Shown: positions 61,843 through 64,000 of the stretch, one piece after another
Numbering within the stretch: position 1 is the stretch's first letter
Layout of the letters: each line of letters begins with the position of its first letter
Origin: Deltaproteobacteria bacterium HGW-Deltaproteobacteria-19
GTDB lineage: Bacteria > Desulfobacterota > Syntrophia > Syntrophales > PHBD01
Length of the DNA stretch: 64,000 nt
NCBI GenBank assembly: GCA_002841865.1
Contig: PHBD01000006.1
Coordinates: forward strand, 112,075-176,074
Direction: 5' to 3'
Notes under the pieces: generated by a model
What the model was told of the DNA's origin: nothing
Database searches by the model: none
What the model saw: the letters and a program-made list of their open reading frames with translations, nothing else
Program-made: the position numbers and the translations under genes

Positions 61843-62580
61843 CTATTCCTCGATGGTCCGTCCTGCCTGTTTCCGGAAGGCCATCGACAATTCCTTCACC
61901 GAGACGGTTTCGACCCTCACGGCTGTCCAGGCCCTCCCGATCTCCCGGAGATGATGGGCATCCGAAGAGGTGATAAAGGAGAAACTCTCCAGTTCCGGAT
62001 AACGGAGCCGCCCACCGCGGATTCCCGTTTCTGCAGATATTTCCAGTGCGTCAAATGGGGGGCCCGGGACGACGAAACCGAGCTGGCTCAAGATGCTGAA
62101 GCTTTCCCGGTCGATGTGGGATGCCACGGCCAGTCCTCCCAGGCCATGGATTTTCTCCACGATAGCCTGCAGCGGAAGTTCCGTAGCCCCGATGAGAAGG
62201 CGGTCGCAGAACCCTTCCACCTCGTCCCGTTCGTTGACAATGGCCTGACAGCCAAAGCGCCGCTCGTCATTACGGCCGGGAAGGTGTCGACTGATCCATT
62301 CCTGAAGAGGGAGAATCTCCTCCACCTTGTCAAAGAGAGCCAGGAGATGCACTTCCTCCCGGCTTGCGATCTCCATTCCCGCCAGCACGGTGAGCGGCGT
62401 TCCCTCGGCGCATCGCCGGACGTAGGCGACATTTTCCGAGGCGTTGTGGTCGCAGATGGCCACGGCATCCAGCCCGACGGCCAGGCAGCGCTCGACCAGC
62501 TTTCGGGGGTACATGTCCAGTTCCGCACAGGGCGACAGGCAGGAGTGAACGTGCAGGTCGCAGCGGAGGCCCTTCATCAT
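61843..62580 (-). CDS. PHP-domain phosphoesterase
   Basis: DLHVHSCLSPC, ICDHN, EEVHLL, SHIDR, SSDAH. Confidence 0.9.
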   Translation of the reverse strand: MMKGLRCDLHVHSCLSPCAELDMYPRKLVERCLAVGLDAVAICDHNASENVAYVRRCAEGTPLTVLAGMEIASREEVHLLALFDKVEEILPLQEWISRHLPGRNDERRFGCQAIVNERDEVEGFCDRLLIGATELPLQAIVEKIHGLGGLAVASHIDRESFSILSQLGFVVPGPPFDALEISAETGIRGGRLRYPELESFSFITSSDAHHLREIGRAWTAVRVETVSVKELSMAFRKQAGRTIEE

Positions 62581-62603
62581 GTCCGGATCCCCGAATCTCC
62601 GGC

Positions 62604-62637
62604 AAAAAAAAAGACCATGGGGAAATCCATGGTCTTT
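62604..62637 (-). terminator. Intrinsic terminator inside the hydrogenase gene cluster
   Basis: Minus strand AAAGACCATGG-ATTTCC-CCATGGTC followed by T9. Confidence 0.8.
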
Positions 62638-62644
62638 CCGGGGG

Positions 62645-62989
62645 TTACACTCCCCGTACCTTCAGAATTGCGTAAATCTTACCGGCCGTCTCGAAACCGG
62701 ACAGGTCCGATACAAGGATCGGAACCTTTTCCTTTACGGCCTTCTCCAGGGTGTCCGCAGCCGGTTCGTTTCCCTGCACCAGGACAATGCCGGCGTGGTC
62801 CTTCAGGCTGGCAACGGCGATGATGTTCTGGTGAACCTGGCGGGTGATCCAGAGATTGCCTTCGCTGCTGTGGGCCATGACGTCGCTCAGCAGATCCCCC
62901 GTGAATCCTCCTGTCACTTTTCTGTCCAGCAGATCGGCTCCGCTGCGGACCTTCAAGCCCAGCGCCTTTACGATAGCTGCCAAGTCCAC
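62645..62989 (-). CDS. DRTGG-domain protein
   Basis: GGFTGDLLSDVMA, WITRQVHQNIIAVA. GTG start. Confidence 0.85.
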   Translation of the reverse strand: MDLAAIVKALGLKVRSGADLLDRKVTGGFTGDLLSDVMAHSSEGNLWITRQVHQNIIAVASLKDHAGIVLVQGNEPAADTLEKAVKEKVPILVSDLSGFETAGKIYAILKVRGV

Positions 62990-63004
62990 GATATTACACC
63001 CTTT

Positions 63005-63472
63005 TTATATTCCGTCGAAGATCTTGTCGATCTTGATTACCATCTTCAACTGCGTGCCTTTCCCCACGTCGGAGGAAATGCGGAAGAAATCGGAGAAGTT
63101 CTTGATGTTGCAAAGGCCCATGCCGGCACCGAACCCCATCTCCCGGATCCGCTGGCTCGCCGTGGACCAACCCTGCTGCATGGCCAGTTCCAGGTCCGGG
63201 ATGCCGTCCCCCTCATCAATGGCCTCGATCAGCACGTAATCCGGTTTTACCTGAATGTGTATATGCCCTTTCCGAGCGTAAGAGACGATGTTGATTTCAG
63301 ATTCGTAGGACACCAGCGCCACCCGGCGGATGATCTCACTGGAGAGCTTCATCCTTTTCAGGATGGCTTTTATCTGGCTTGATACCTGTCCGGCCTTGTC
63401 GAAATTTCCACCCTCAACGGGGAACTTGTTCTCGTACAGGGTCGTTTCATGTGCGAACACGTTCTTCGTCAA
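63005..63472 (-). CDS. RsbT-like anti-sigma/Ser-Thr kinase ATPase (start 63472 or 63460)
   Basis: YESEINIV, DEGDGIPD...AMQQGWSTA, MGFGAGMGL. Confidence 0.85.
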   Translation of the reverse strand: MTKNVFAHETTLYENKFPVEGGNFDKAGQVSSQIKAILKRMKLSSEIIRRVALVSYESEINIVSYARKGHIHIQVKPDYVLIEAIDEGDGIPDLELAMQQGWSTASQRIREMGFGAGMGLCNIKNFSDFFRISSDVGKGTQLKMVIKIDKIFDGI

Positions 63473-63821
63473 CCCTTTCCATACATCCGACGATTCCCCT
63501 CTGATACAGGCGGCCCGCTGTTTCAAAGAGGATGAATTTGGTCGTCATGATGGGAATCTTCAATTCCTCGGCCAGAGTCAGGGTCTCCGGGGATGGTTTC
63601 TTCCCCCGAACGAGGATGATGGCTGCAATGTCCAGCACATCGGAAGTCCTGACCACCTGGGGATTCGTCAGGCCCGTCAGGAGGAGGCTTCCGGCCTTGG
63701 CAAAAGCCAGCACGTCGCTCATCAGGTCTGCCCCGAAGGCCGTCTTGACGTCTTTGTCCATCTGTTCCTGTCCGACGAGCACTTCGGCGTCCAGGATGTC
63801 TTTTACCTCACGCAGGGTCAC
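63447..63821 (-). CDS. DRTGG-domain protein
   Basis: AAGGAG RBS with GTG at 63821; GADLMSDVLA, LLTGLTNPQVVRT, VRGKKP. Confidence 0.85.
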   Translation of the reverse strand: MTLREVKDILDAEVLVGQEQMDKDVKTAFGADLMSDVLAFAKAGSLLLTGLTNPQVVRTSDVLDIAAIILVRGKKPSPETLTLAEELKIPIMTTKFILFETAGRLYQRGIVGCMERVDEERVRT

Positions 63822-63908
63822 AATGCTCTCCTTGGGAGTGTTGTTCCGTTTCCGCGGACAGGGATCCGAAAACCTGCGGAAATAGGGTCCAAACCGATGG
63901 GACAAGAC

Positions 63909-63937
63909 CGATTACCATAGGCCTCCTGTGATGTCAA
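63909..63937 (-). promoter_or_regulatory. Possible promoter of the hydrogenase operon
   Basis: Perfect TTGACA (63932-63937); the -10 element is only a partial match (TGGTAAT). Confidence 0.4.
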
Positions 63938-64000
63938 CCGGTTTAAGGCATTCAGAAATGAGGCGATTCGGCCGAAAAAACTTTTGCGTCCCCCGGGCAA

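Overview
GC-rich chromosomal window from an anaerobic deltaproteobacterium, probably Syntrophales (Desulfobacterota). The assignment is inferred from gene order and from Desulfovibrio-type Bfr and Adk, not proven. Left part is mostly housekeeping: htpX, ispE-tRNA-Gln-prs-rplY-pth-hppA, a hybrid kinase divergent from a class I adenylate cyclase, lepA-hemW, adk, an aminotransferase, and nrdDG with two NrdR boxes. The centre has a complete [FeFe]-hydrogenase maturation cluster (aspA-like, hydF, TM1266-type gene, hydG, hydE) preceded by an AtuA-like/DUF4387 fusion. An araFGH-galKTE sugar cassette, small accessory genes, bacterioferritin and a tctCBA transporter follow. The right end is a multimeric [FeFe]-hydrogenase operon with its DRTGG/kinase/PHP regulatory genes. 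Most notable: (1) the hydrogenase beta subunit keeps the bifurcating-type NuoF signatures, but its ferredoxin-like C-terminus is replaced by a GltD/NfnB-like FAD/NADP(H) module; (2) a structured leader with mutually exclusive terminator and antiterminator folds lies upstream of TM1266-hydG-hydE and matches no riboswitch I recognise; (3) an intrinsic terminator sits inside the hydrogenase operon; (4) there is a probable FmdB-family selenoprotein with a SECIS-like hairpin; (5) an AraFGH-type transporter is paired with the Leloir galactose genes. No CRISPR array, rRNA, transposase or integrase was seen. All family calls come from motif recognition by eye, not from database searches.
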